A stretch of DNA of 64,000 nucleotides, from NCBI GenBank assembly GCA_965203295.1, contig CBDBCZ010000019.1, forward strand, positions 128,001 through 192,000, written 5' to 3'. Origin of the DNA: Nitrospirales bacterium (GTDB lineage Bacteria; Nitrospirota; Nitrospiria; Nitrospirales; UBA8639). Within the stretch, counting starts at the first letter, position 1. The number at the start of each line of letters is the position of its first letter. Under the pieces are notes generated by a model. That model was given only the letters and a program-made list of their open reading frames with translations. It was not told the origin of the DNA and made no database searches. Shown piece by piece: positions 21,901 to 54,229 of this stretch. A program made the position numbers and the translations under genes.

Positions 21901-24760
21901 AAGAACTCGCTAATCGAGGGATCGCTTTAGATCATTGCAGTGATACAGACTGTTTTGAGTGGAGTTTTAGCACCATCATGGAGGACGCTACAAAATCACT
22001 GCAAAGCTCGATGCGAGGATTAATCCAGCCCTGCTCCTGTAGTCCACACCTTCGTTCTTCCATCGTGAACGAAATTCTACGACAGTACCTGTACTGGATC
22101 GATTCTCGACAGCTCAGTGCAGCCCTTGAGGGGAAAGTATCCATCTACACGCAATCAGGCAACATGAGTGATTTTAAACTATCTTCAAACAGCGATGTCC
22201 TATTCGTCTGCAACGCAGCTTTTCAGCCTGTTGTGGTTATGAACTGGTACCAAAGTCAGCTGATTAGAGAACTTCTATCCATGGTAAATGATCGAGTTTG
22301 TCGATTGCACTTACAGAGCGCACTAGAAGAGATGCTTAAATATGGAAGATAATACTCATGTAAATCATGCATGCACTGTTAAAATAAAATTGCCATATTG
22401 ACAAGTGGGATGTTGTTTGGGTTTCAACATGCATCTTCTACATGATTCACCTGAGTGATGCACTTTAATCATCTGTATCCATAAATGCTTTCACATTCTT
22501 GACCCACAGCAATCAATCTGTATCCATGCTTCTGATGTGTTGAAACTCAAACAACAACCCACTATTCAATATGACAGTTCTATTTCAGCTGTGCACATGC
22601 ATATATCATTTATGATTTGTGTAATTGTTCCATGTGACGGTCGAAATGTGACAATTGCGACCTCTTATTCTCTCTCTCACATTCTCAACATTCAGTGGCT
22701 ACACTTCACATTCCGTGTACATCATGCAGATCACATGCAGAGTGTATAAATATTATTACATTTCCACGGCGTATTCTCATGCTGACTGCGCCAGGCTATT
22801 ACAATGTATGCATTGTCTGTCGCAAATCAGGTATTGTGGCAATTAAATTATCCTTAATTGTAATTGTAAAGCTCAGCATTTCTATTATTGGACGAGTCTG
22901 ACTAATAGTACAGTGGAACCCCTCTTAGAGGCACACCTGACATAAGGACACCTCTGTAGTTAAGGAAACTTCTCTGTGTCCCAAATATGCTTTCTTAATC
23001 CTGAAATGAGGACACCTCTCTATACAGGCCACTATACCAGGCCCCCAAGGTGTCCACATGAACTCTTTCCCAGCCAAGTTTTAATACATCCATAAGGCTA
23101 ATGTGAATTTATATAGGCCTTTTTATATTAGGCGTTAATATAAAGTACATGTTTTTTCTATTTTATATGGGCACATAAATGTGCCCATGGCGTTCAAAGA
23201 GTTAATTAAAGGGGCTCCACTGTATTACACTCCCACTGCTGTTACCTGTACCTGATCTTCAGGAGAACGCTAAGTTTTGTGAAATTAAGTTATGTGCATA
23301 CACCTATGCTTGTATGGAACACTAATAGCTAGCTACGCGACCTTCCTTTTCAGTTTTAACAGTTCGTATAGTTGTATTGGTATCCTGAAGTATTGGCCTT
23401 GTAGCATTACTTCGTTTGTACAGGAGCTTCCATATAAAGTATACCTATATAGATATATACACATTATTATTCTAACATCTGCAGCGTGTCATTACTTCGT
23501 TTGTATAGGAGCTACCATATAAAGTATACCTATATAGATATATAGTCACATGATTATTCTAACATCTGCAGCGTGTCCAACGTTATTCAGTTACTTGTAT
23601 GGTGGTCTATTGTTGAGGAATGTGTATACTTTCACTATATTAGGTTGGCAAGGAAATGGTGGAACTTTGGTTGGTAAGGAATGTTTTGTTTGATTCATTT
23701 TCCTATCAGTACTATTATGCTCACTGCTTGCAGGAGTATGAACATGGCACATCCCCCGAAGCTGTTGTGGTCAAAGATTTGGACAAGTTTGACATGATAT
23801 TTCAAGCTTTTGAATATGAACAAGGTAGGTCATTCATTAATTGAGCATGTGTTATGAAAGCCCTTTCAGAAAAGTGTGTTTACAGTATAGATGGCTAAGT
23901 GTAATCATAGCTTTAAACGTTTAAACCCAGGCCTTACTCATCCAGCTTTGGAGAAAAATTGGTTCCCCAGTATCCTCCATGGCTATGAGAAAATCTGGGC
24001 TAGAGTTCTTGAATTTTTGAATTATGTCCTTATGAACATCAATAGGTGGTATCCAAAAATGGAACTGTAGCTGTTTTATCATAGATTTACCATTGCATAG
24101 CTAGCAGGTGTATTAATTGTGCTTAAATACTACAGTGGAACCCCTCTATTGTGGACAGCTTTGGGACCTGGGGAAGTGTCCTGTAAAGAGAGGTGTCCTC
24201 ATTTCAGGGGTAAATTTATATTGAGAAAGCATATTTGGGACATAGCAAAGTGTCCTTAATACAGAGGTGTCCTTATTTCAGGAGTGTCCTTTAAGAGGGG
24301 TTCCACTGTACATGGGTATGTAGCAATTCAAGGGTAACTTAGCCTTGGTCCCAGGCTCGCATCCAGCTTCTTATCGTATGTACTGCAAGCGGTGGAAAGC
24401 TGGATGCGAGCCTGGGACAGAGGCTAAGGACAACTTGCTTCTATGCTACATTGTGACATCCCATTGCTTTCTCACGACAGCTGAGAACAGATCTGGCGAG
24501 TTACAGCAATTTTTTGACTCCACAAAAGGTAAATCAAGCAAGTCCAAGGTAATTGTTCTTCTACAAAATTTATATATAGACATAAAAATAAACATATGCA
24601 TGTATTGTATGATTTATGTCTATAGACTGTGTTTACTTAGCTGTAGATGATTCCATACAGTTAATGCTTTTTTTAACCATCATTCTATGTAGGTAAATTT
24701 CAGCACCCAGAGGTGCAAAAATGGGTCAAAGAATTGGAAACTGAAAGAAGCAAAACATAA
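15942..24760 (+). CDS. HDDC2: HD-domain 5'-deoxynucleotidase HDDC2; exons 15942-16007, 17905-18035, 18603 (or 18522)-18705, 19377-19415, 23644-23673, 23734-23824, 24481-24528, 24693-24760
   Basis: Spliced protein: [12 protein letters not shown]...[13 protein letters not shown]...[20 protein letters not shown]...[34 protein letters not shown]...[18 protein letters not shown]...[17 protein letters not shown]. These are the diagnostic HDDC2/YfbR-family motifs, and the phases are consistent. Confidence 0.95.
17235..17870. repeat. G-rich ~21-bp minisatellite (CTCAGGGCTAAGGGATGTGGT variants) in HDDC2 intron 1
   Basis: Directly visible tandem array with higher-order ~150-bp blocks. Confidence 0.9.
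20300..20690. repeat. ~97-bp tandem repeat, ~4 copies
   Basis: CAGATGAAGTGACTAGCCTCATTCCGAATCTCCATTCCCAGTCTCC...GAACTGCTCTGAAGTGCAT recurs. Confidence 0.9.
21345..22352 (+). CDS. Intronless 335-aa Cys-rich protein with an N-terminal death effector domain (DED)-like region, nested in HDDC2 intron 4
   Basis: A 1-kb non-repetitive [16 protein letters not shown]...[11 protein letters not shown]...[21 protein letters not shown] parallels the DED pattern, including the E...RxDL charge triad (compare FADD LSSSELTEL...ELLRELLASLRRHDLLRRV). Confidence 0.65.
   Translation: MDEEREGICNRVIFQELAPVELQWVASQWDRSGVVTASSVADSDAALQCQCSHEEYYNCSLLCKLLAHVQRPDLVELVMQEVHSMTTTLPVSHALEISPSSFQVSAQLLYFKLCHFSHLHLQCYLDMNLKCACTGIENYTAVLGLSSSCTCLPSNDARLLLSKLMQNKLELRNCGYTFLAFFDSKEELANRGIALDHCSDTDCFEWSFSTIMEDATKSLQSSMRGLIQPCSCSPHLRSSIVNEILRQYLYWIDSRQLSAALEGKVSIYTQSGNMSDFKLSSNSDVLFVCNAAFQPVVVMNWYQSQLIRELLSMVNDRVCRLHLQSALEEMLKYGR
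24133..24308. mobile_element. Representative copy of the dominant ~175-bp TA-flanked MITE (Tc1/mariner-pogo type)
   Basis: TA|CAGTGGAACCCCTC...GAGGGGTTCCACTG|TA. About 20+ full or partial copies are visible, e.g. ~1048, 1770, 3178, 3748, 8334, 9455, 12924, 18115, 22911, 26223, 37730, 44451, 55837, 56833-57128, 57828, 58548. Confidence 0.9.
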
Positions 24761-25045
24761 TAATATCTATGTCTAGTAATACACACACATGACAATCATT
24801 GTAGTGAACTGTAGGTGCTATAGCTACTTAATAATATAAAACAGCCACGGATGTGATGAATAACGTTTGCAGCAATTATTGTAACTTTTCAGCAGACATA
24901 AAATTGATAATCTGAGCTATAGTAGCTACGTATTCTGCTATCTGTTGTATGATAATGTGTCTAATGGAATATGTTTTGGCTAGCTATATACTAAGACGAT
25001 GACTCGCCGGCTTTACGGCCATTGGATCTTGCTCCGCTGTGGGTA

Positions 25046-28000
25046 TTAGTTCTGTACGGCTGTTGCCTTTTGACGGGCTTCTCTTGAGGGCTTTTTCTTG
25101 ATTGCAGGAGGTTGTCTCTAATTGGAATTGTGGGCAAAGGAGGATCAAAGTTCGAGGAATATACGCACTATTGGTTTATGACCTGCTCTTATCTGCATGA
25201 CACGGCAGTACTCTTAAGTCAACTACTATTCTTTGATGCAGTATTTATGGGTCCCAAAAGTAGAAGGCTTGAAACTTAAACTATTATATTCTCTTGGTGC
25301 TCTCCCCCTTTCCTCCCTAGGCCTCCCTATATGTAGCTGCTCCTACATCTTCACTACATGTCCCTGGATTACTTACTGCATAGATAGATATTTTTGCTAA
25401 TGATGTCATGGTATGGCTCATAAAAGCCTATATATGACTATAATCAGAGCCGAGTTCTGAACATATGATTTTGTTCATGTATATGCGTTATATGAGGCTG
25501 CCATTTTTTCCCCCGTACCATCCCTACATGCGGAGTACTACCGTACTCCATGATATAGCTGATTGTGAAATTCAAGGATGATAGCTTTAGGCACACTAAC
25601 TCTCCCCATGCATATTTAATATACATGTACGTATACCTCTTTTGGTTTTTCAGTCTTCTTTGAGCCAATGACGAGCTGGACTCCCCCAGTGGCTTGCACC
25701 TTCCTGACCTTGTCTTGCTTTTTCACACCCCCGTTGCTGTATGAGAGAGTATAACATGCCATAACATGCAGTTCCAGCTGCTTTTTTGTTTTTGCGAAGT
25801 TACAAGAAAGCTTTTTGGAAATCGAGTACTGTGAATTAATATGGTGCGAAATAGAGCTATGTGTGTGTAGTATAATTAGCAACAACATGATTACAAAGAT
25901 GTATGTATATGGATTACCACAGCTATGATCACCTTCCCCCCTATACATATACAGTGGAAACCAATGTAGCCTTGAACCCAGGCCTTACTCACCCAGATTT
26001 TAACCTCGAATTTTTCTCCAAGGTTGCGAGATGAAATCTGGGCGAGTAAGGCCTGGGTTCGAGACTAACATTTATGTTCCGTCATAGCTGCTATTATACC
26101 GGTAGCTTAAAATGGATTACATACGTAACACAATCACTATACTGCTTGGGAATGAACCAACTTGTACATCCAACCAATTTGGTTTCGTGTACATTAAGGT
26201 ATGTAGGATGGGTTGCATAATACAGTGGAACCCCTCTTAAAGGACACCCCTGAACTAAGGACTCCTTTACTGTGTCCTAAATATGCTAGAAATTTACCCC
26301 TGGAATGAGGACACCTCTCTATACAGGGCACTTTACCGAGTCCCCAAGGTGTCCACAATGGAGGGGTACCACTGTATACACTACACTATGTATGCTGTAG
26401 TAAATGACATTTCAGACATGTGTGTAGAGTCCATGACAACTGTGCTTTAGTAATGTACGGAGCAGTCCTCACCCAAGCTGCATTCAATACTTGCCTACAT
26501 TATCGTGACCATAAAGACATTGATTCTCAACTAGGCTATTTATATTATTTCATTGCGCATTTCCATTACATCACAGTGTTCATGGCACTGTTATCTCTGT
26601 GCTTCTGTTAAGAGTAGGGCTCATTATGCCATGTGTAGTTGCATCTGCATTTTACCATAGATAGTAGAGTGCATAGTCTATGCACTCTACTATCTATGAT
26701 TTTATACAATGTATTGAAGCCCCGCCCTTACTTGAGGTTCAGAGATACAGCAATTTGAACACAGTGTTACGAAACACACAACAGACTTTCTACGCAGGAC
26801 TGCCACATATACTTCTGCATGCCGATATAGGAAGCAAAACTAGCTCTATGTTCATACCGTTTCACTGAATAGCACATCAACCCTTCGATTTCCCCCCAAA
26901 TGCCTTTTACTCATCGTTCGTAACTCAACTATGTAACCTACTTCTTCGATAAGCACTTCATCTTAGATGTGGCAACGAGTTTTCAAAACCACTGCATGCG
27001 TTACAAATTGCTCTGGTTTACAGATTGTAGCCTTGTTCACATTATTCGGTTGCACGAAGGTGAAGACTTCTCCGTGTAACAGAAAGGTGTGGGCCTGGGA
27101 ATGAGGCTATTCATATCGTACGTCTACACTGTATATTTCTACACCTCCATTCTTTATTCACAATTACAGAAACGAATGCTTGGCACTTCCAACTATATTC
27201 TGGTGTGATCATTGACTGATTGCTTACCTTACTGGTGCTCGTTTCTCTTGCAGTTGTTTAGCAGCCTCAAGTTGAGCTTTCAGCTCTGTAGTTGTAGCCA
27301 TCAATTCATCAATTTTGGTCGCCATCACGGTAATATCATCGTCCTGCACGGTAGAGTAAATGAAAATAATTTCATTTGCTATGCGTCTAGTTTTCATCTA
27401 ACTTGACTGCTTGGTGGTTACACTGTAGTCCCAAATGAATGTTTGAGTACATAGCTAGGAGTCAGATTTAAAAATACCATAGTGGTTACCTGTACCTGTT
27501 TACTAGGGCAGAAAAGACTATGCAATGTGTGGACTTGTGTAGTACTGTATGCTGTATTTTGGACTACACAGCTATAGTGTAGAAACGTTATGTTTTCTGG
27601 GGGTTAGAGGGAAATAGCATCTTTAATAACTGCGCTATTGCATGCATGTGTTGTGTATGTGTATTGCGGAATGCATGTATTGTTGACTTCTAATGTTTGC
27701 ATGCTCAACACTAACTCACAATTAAATTCTCACAATCTACCCAGCCTGAAGTATGTCATCATATGCACGCACCAGTAACACAAACATATTGTTTTGGTAG
27801 TATAAACAATCTAGTAAACGTCAAGGGAGTTTGCAGACTACATCCATTCTGGGGGCGGTGGACGAGTAATTGCATGCTTGGTGTATGCAGTGAGCTCGTA
27901 ATACGAGTCAGAGTGTGCTGCACAAACAACACACAGTGTGTGGGTAGATACACAAAAGCAAGTCAAGTGTGCAATATGTTTTGCTGCATTTAACAGTAAC

Positions 28001-30889
28001 AGATGAAGCGTATAACCAGCCCAAGTCTCTTGTCACTACCGTATCACATTCAAGAGTACACCACTATTGGCAGTGTTTGGTTACTTTCTAAGAAAGTTTA
28101 TAGCACCAAATTGGGGTCACAGTATACCCGAGACCAATGCCTTACATGTGGGTAGTTTAAGATCAGTTTGGCCACAGTATACCCAAGACCAATGACGTGT
28201 GTGGGTAGCTACAAATGAGTCACAGTATACCTAAGACCAATTACTTGTGTGTGGGTAGCTACAAGATCAGTGCAACCATTATCAGGATTTTTTATGCACG
28301 TGTCACAGGACTTGCGCTTCAACCATGCATGATTGGATCACATGCCGTAATAGTCTCATCCCCAGACCCTCTACTCGCCGGCCTGGGGCCGAGACTAGTG
28401 CAGTAGTTGCTCTGCTCACCTGTTCCACTATAGTGATCTTGAGCGAAGCAATTTCACGGACAGCGGTGTCATGCTGCTCCATCTTCTCCCGCAGTTTCTC
28501 ATTCAGCTCGACGTTCTTCTTCTTGAGCCTCTCTTCTCTCGACTCTTCAGAGACAACCACATCAGCAAGTTCCTGTTCGATCGACTCCACGAACACTTCC
28601 ATCTCCTCCCTCTGCTTCTCTAGCTCCACTTTCAAGTCGTCGTTGGTGGTCTGAACTGCCGTGAGATCTAGCTGAACTGAATTGAGCCTTGCTCTCAGGT
28701 TGGAAACGTCGGCGCTTTCCCCCTGTTGCTGTTTCTCCATTTCTATCCTCAGCTCATCGCTAATAGACTGAGCTGTAGTGAGCTCCAACTGAACCGAGTT
28801 TAGCCTCTCCCTCAGGCTGGACACTTCGGTATTTTCTTCTTGCTTTTTTGTCTCAAGCTCCGCTTTTAGGCCTTCGTTGTTAGACTGCATTTCAGTGAGT
28901 TCCAATTGAACCGAGTTCAGTCTCTCTCTTAGACCGACAACTTCCGTGTTTTCTTCCGTGTCCGTGTCCTCATCTTCTTCTCCCTCCTCGTCTTCACCCA
29001 ATTCAGCTTTCATTTTCTCAATCTCGAGCTCTTCCATTTGCCTTTTCAGTTCATCGTTGGTTGCTTTCCAAGTTTTCGTCTGCACTCTCAACTCCGTCAC
29101 CTTGTCATCGTACGCTTTATGTAATTTGTCATACTTCTGTTGGAGCTCTTGTACGAACGCTTCTTCGGATCCAGCTGTCGCACGGCTTTGAAACTGCTCA
29201 ACTTCAGCTTGCAGTTCGGTACACCTCTGCTTCTCCTCGGCAAGTAGTTTCTCGAGTTCTTCAGCTCTGCCATTGTCTGGTGCTGCTGGAATAGAATTGA
29301 GCAGCGGTTCTGGGTTAGCAACGGGCGGTGTTCGGTTGCCACCTGCAGCGACCTCGCTTCGTAATCTCTCGTTTTCTTCCCGTAGTCGTCGTACTTCCGT
29401 CCCTAGCTCGTCCAGCTCCTGTTCTTGGTGTCTGATTCTGGCCTCGGAGAGCGTCTCTGGTATCGGGGAAGTTGCTGAGGGAGTACTGCTAAAGGAGGGC
29501 GGACTTCTGATTCCATCGGGTGACATGATATCACTGCGGGGTGGAGAGTTTATAGCCTCTAGAATTTGCTGGGACATGGAGAGACGTTTCTCTAGCTTTG
29601 ATGTTCTCCGACGAAGGTTTGAAAGCTCAAGTTCGTGGCTCTCTTTTTCGAGTTCCATTCTCTTCTTCTCGGCGTACGAACCTTGCTTCTCGAGTTTCTT
29701 TGTCAGGCGCTGGTTTTCGATCTTGAGCTCGAGCTTTTCTTTGTCGATGGCGTCCACCCTCCTTTGCATGTGAGTGGTCTTATCTTGCGCACGCTGAAGA
29801 CTGTCTTGCGAGGCTTTGAGCTGAGCTTGCATGTGTGACGTCTCGGCCTGGAGTTTGCGCTCCATCTGTCGAAGGTCCTTTTGTAGTCGGGCAACCTCCT
29901 CTCGAGCACGCTTGTCTTCTGAAATGCTACTCATTTTTGAGCGTGTGGTACTACGCTTTGTTTCAGCCTCCAACTGCTCATACTGTGCCCTTGTTTCCTG
30001 GAGTATAGAATAGAAGCAGAGATCAGCTATTGTTTGGGTATAGAGTATTAACCTGGCTTTATCGTCGTAGGCAGAGGAATGTATCCTATTAATTTTCATT
30101 TGTCCCAAACTCTATCTCCCTATGGAATACTGATATTGTTTACTCTCGTCTTTCATTCCCCGTGTTTCGGGGTTCATTGCGTCGTTTCATGTTGTAAGTT
30201 TATCTTACTTTCTGTTTTTATAGGGCACACATTATTAGCAATGCTATTTTTCTGTGTCCTTTGCTTTGTGCAGTTTCATAGAAAAGAAATGCATGTACAT
30301 GTATGTATGTGACTGTGATATTATAGGGTCCTACCTGTAGCTCCACCTTCGTTTCTGCAAGCTCATCTTTAATTCCCTGCACTTTGCCCAGATCTTCCTT
30401 CAGTTGGCCGATCTCCTTCTTGAGCTGAAACTCGTGCGCAGCGTCAAAAGAATCGTCGTCTAACTCCTTGCCGACGCTTTCGTACTCTGTGACTTTCTTC
30501 TCCAGCTTTCTGGTGTCGACCTGCAGTAGTTTCACGGTGGTCTCCAGCTGTGAAATCGTCGCTTTATCCTCTTTGTTGACGTTCTGCAGAGCTTCGATTT
30601 CGGCGCGAGCCTCGCCCAACTGCGCGGACAAATCCGCCACTTGCGCTTCCGCCGCCATTAGCTTTGCGTTTAGTGATTGCGGTGAAGTGCGCTGCAAGCG
30701 TATCTCAGTATAATCAGTACAATCAACACCCGACTCGCTCAAACTTGAAGCCTCCGATTTGCTACTAGGACTTGGAGAAACGGGTTCAGCTCTCTTTTTC
30801 GAAGATCTTCTCTTTGCAATCGCAATGATACCGAATCTACTTGATTTCTTTTGTTTTTTCTCGCATGCTTCAGTGGAAGCACTGGACAT
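25046..30889 (-). CDS. ~806-aa long coiled-coil protein of unknown family; exons 30889-30335, 29997-28420, 27343-27228, 25736-25637, 25117-25046
   Basis: Two long heptad-rich E/K/L exons joined in phase to three small exons. It has three internal ~35-aa repeats (EVxxLRERLNSVQLELTxxQ) and a basic C-terminus ending RQPPAIKKKPSREARQKATAVQN. The last acceptor is somewhat ambiguous. Confidence 0.85.
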
Positions 30890-31112
30890 TTTTCTGTGGG
30901 GCGTGAAATATGCAACAGTGGTAGTACTACTTTATAAACAACAGGAACCTTGCATGTAGGAATCCTGGGTTTTTTGTTAATTCATGGTTCATTGGCAGTA
31001 AGTTCCTAACTTCCTGCCCACATAATTAACTACTATGCGTATAGCGCGCTAGCGACCGCTCTCTTGTGCGCATGCGTAGAATTTATTAGCCACGTGGTCG
31101 GAACGCGTTAAA
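30890..31112. promoter_or_regulatory. Putative bidirectional promoter, coiled-coil gene / PREP
   Basis: The ATGs diverge 223 bp apart. It contains an NRF1-like TGCGCATGCG (~31067-31076), GCCACGTGG (~31088-31096) and ETS-like ACTTCC motifs. Confidence 0.75.
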
Positions 31113-46466
<15,354 letters not shown>

Positions 46467-47557
46467 AACTAATAATTTTGACTCCATAATTACTTTTGAA
46501 GTGTATTTTTGCAATGGTCTTGTGTGCATCTAACTATATATACAAAAGAAACATTGCATAGTGCAGGGAATGTGCTGTAAGTGCATCGCAAAGTAATTCC
46601 CATCTGAACAGTAGTTGACACAGAAGTAGATACAGTTAAGAAATTTTGTGCGTGAGGTTAAGCAATAACATCAATACATTGGGTGTGAAGTTGTGAACTA
46701 CTCTATTGAGAGTAGCTGCTAACTTGGTAACCATACGTATGGTAACCAAAATCATCAACACAGCTGTATACCCACGATAATTGCATCCCCAAACTGTGAC
46801 TCTGATATCTGTATAGCTAAATGGAATGTTTACTACAACTGTTAATAGCAGCAACACTATGAGTTTGTTATTTACTTACTATATGTGCTCAGGTACTGCA
46901 GGGTCATTCCCTGGGATGAACCCTATAGCAATACATGTACACTTAAAAAGTAATCCCAAATTGTCCAATCATAGCAGATGCTACTATGAGTTTGATCAAC
47001 ATAACTGATTGAAGCAGTATAGCGATAAGCTGTGAACCGTACCCTATAACAACAGTCAGCCATGTCCATGTCCCAAGTTACTACAGAATAATACTATAGA
47101 GCCTTCATGTCAACATATAGTGCTAACTTGAGCTATAGGGCCGGGGGTGCATGCATGATCAAGATAAATTTTTGCAATACCTGCAATGTATTATACCTAC
47201 ATGCACGATTGCCAAGTGTACAGCGAAGTGTAATTACAATGAAGTGCTGTAACTATTGCATGTGTTCTTTGTAGTTACAGTACCTTTCTGTCATGCTATA
47301 TAGCTGAGCTATTTATGGTGTATGTCTGAGTTTTGTATAGACATTGTGTCTGTGCTGTCGATCTGCATGTTAAGTCCACTATTGTGTGTGTTTTTATCAT
47401 GTACTGTACATATTTATTGTAGATTCTTTGTCATGTGACTCTTCCAGATATGAATCTGTATCAATGGGTAGGTTTCCTCAAGTATCTGTGGTCTGACTAT
47501 AGTTTTTACATGACTACATAACACAGTTTACCACAGATCTGTACAGCTAAAATACCA

Positions 47558-48111
47558 CTAGTACTTTCTTCTACCAGTGAGTCTCTCCCAAAGAGTTCTT
47601 GACTTTTTCTGCATCTTGTCGAGATTTTCTGCATAATATTATAGAAAGTGTATAATTATTTCTCATAGCCAACGCTCGGTCGTTAAGATCCACTGTAGTC
47701 TCATTCCCAGGACGGTCTGGGAATGAGACTACAGATACACGTGGCTGCATATGTACCATTTGAGAGAATCCAAGGGTTCTTTGCAGCTAGCTCTCCGCTG
47801 AAGGCAAGCTCCTTCTCTCTGGCATACAGTCCGCGATAGTAGTTAGAGTCCAACCTCTCGAGGCTTTCTAGAGCAGCTGCTGCTTTGACCGCCTGCGGAA
47901 GAAAAAAAATTAACGAGCCCCGCCCACATGTTCATGCGCATGCGTACACTGCGCTTACGTTTGCGCTAGCCTCTTCTTTGAACTTTTGTGCGTAGGTCTG
48001 CTTCAAGAACTCTCCGAGGTCTCTTCCTTTTTTGGAGGGATCCGCGGGCCATCCCTTAATCAGTTTCTGTAGTCTCGAGAGAAGCACCTTCTGTTGTTTT
48101 AGTAGAGCCAT
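47558..48111 (-). CDS. UQCC2: Ubiquinol-cytochrome c reductase complex assembly factor 2; exons 48111-47959, 47892-47757, 47628-47558 (missed by the ORF track)
   Basis: MALLKQQKVLLSRLQKLIKGWPADPSKKGRDLGEFLKQ...LESLERLDSNYYRGLYAR...ILSNENLDKMQKKSRTLWERL matches the UQCC2 motifs WPxDxxKxGRDLG and ESLxRLxSNYY. Confidence 0.9.
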
Positions 48112-48451
48112 AATAACGTAGTACTTAATGTGCTGCGCACGTGAACGTTAACGCCGCCATTTCCTTGACTCTGATTGGTCACTGGCCACGTGACTACGAG
48201 TCATGTGATAAACTCAGCTTCGCAAAGACAGGTTAGTTGTAGCGTACATCTATGGTTGTAGTGTAGATGGTTATATAGTACATGCGAATGAGCTTTGCAT
48301 ATAGAGGTATTGTAAAATCTAGTAGCCCAGTATTATAAATTAAGCTTATTGCATTTTTAATAGAGCAACCCCTTTCATTGATGTCTGAGATGCTGCAAGT
48401 ATTAATGTTTTACTACTAATTGCTCATCAGATCTGAAAACCCAACGGAAAG
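48112..48451. promoter_or_regulatory. Putative bidirectional promoter, UQCC2 / cathepsin B, with clustered E-boxes
   Basis: CACGTG at ~48138 and 48187, GTCATGTGAT at 48200, CCAAT (ATTGG, ~48174), and a YY1-like GCCGCCATT (~48153). Confidence 0.7.
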
Positions 48452-53497
<5,046 letters not shown>

Positions 53498-54229
53498 TGT
53501 TTCTTGCAAAGCTGGACTGCTACACTGAATAGCGGTTAATGGTATCTGTATACATGCATAGCTGTTTATAACCAGGTCTTTTGCCTTGGTTGGTATACAT
53601 GAGTATATTATTGTTATACATGTAGGTGAACGATCTTTTTTTTTTTTTACTGAGGAAATATTGTAACCTTGTTACTTTGTTGCAGCCAGTATTATTGAGT
53701 TTTAACAGCACAATTAATTGACTATCGCGTCTCCATGCACCCATCAGTAAGACAAGCCAAATGGAAGTGTGCATGTATAATGCAGGAGCTTTCCCATTGT
53801 TGGTACAGAAATTTTTCTACTTACGTATAGTCATTTTGCTATATATACCCTTAAGCACTCTGACATTGGTGCATGTAAAACTATACATGTAGCTAGCTGA
53901 TATAACTATAGCTATCAATTTGTGTATTAAGAGTTGATAGTATGCAACCGCATGGGACAAAAAGCCTTGGCATGAAGAGCTATCAGCTGTATTAAGAGTT
54001 GCTCGAATGCAGTATATAATTATGCAACTGGGACTAAGCCTATGTATGAAGAGATGCATGTGGCTACATGTAGCAATGAAGTACCAACTTAACACTACAT
54101 ATTTGACCAACCAAAAATAATAACACAAAAGTAATGAATTACACAGCACGAAATTTTGTTGGACAATGTACAATAACAGCTTCACTCATGAACAATATGT
54201 CTTCCTCATGAGTTCGAAGAAGTGGATGG

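Larger units (their letters stand above)
19722..22593. mobile_element. Pair of inverted CACTA/EnSpm-like MITE copies (19722-19987 and 22374-22593) bracketing the nested ORF
   Basis: Termini are CACAGCTAAAATAG...TTAACAGTG and CACTGTTAAAA...CAGCTGTG. The two arms are reverse complements, including a perfect TAGTGGGTTGTTGTTTGAGTTTCAACAC / GTGTTGAAACTCAAACAACAACCCACTA match. CA flanks both outer ends. Confidence 0.7.

Noticed and set aside
28303..30108. 601-aa ORF as a stand-alone gene
   Set aside because: Only 29997-28420 is exonic; it splices in phase to the flanking exons of the coiled-coil gene.
48125..48160. Upstream ATGGCGGCG as the UQCC2 start
   Set aside because: It hits a TAA after 11 codons; it is better read as a YY1-like promoter motif or a uORF.
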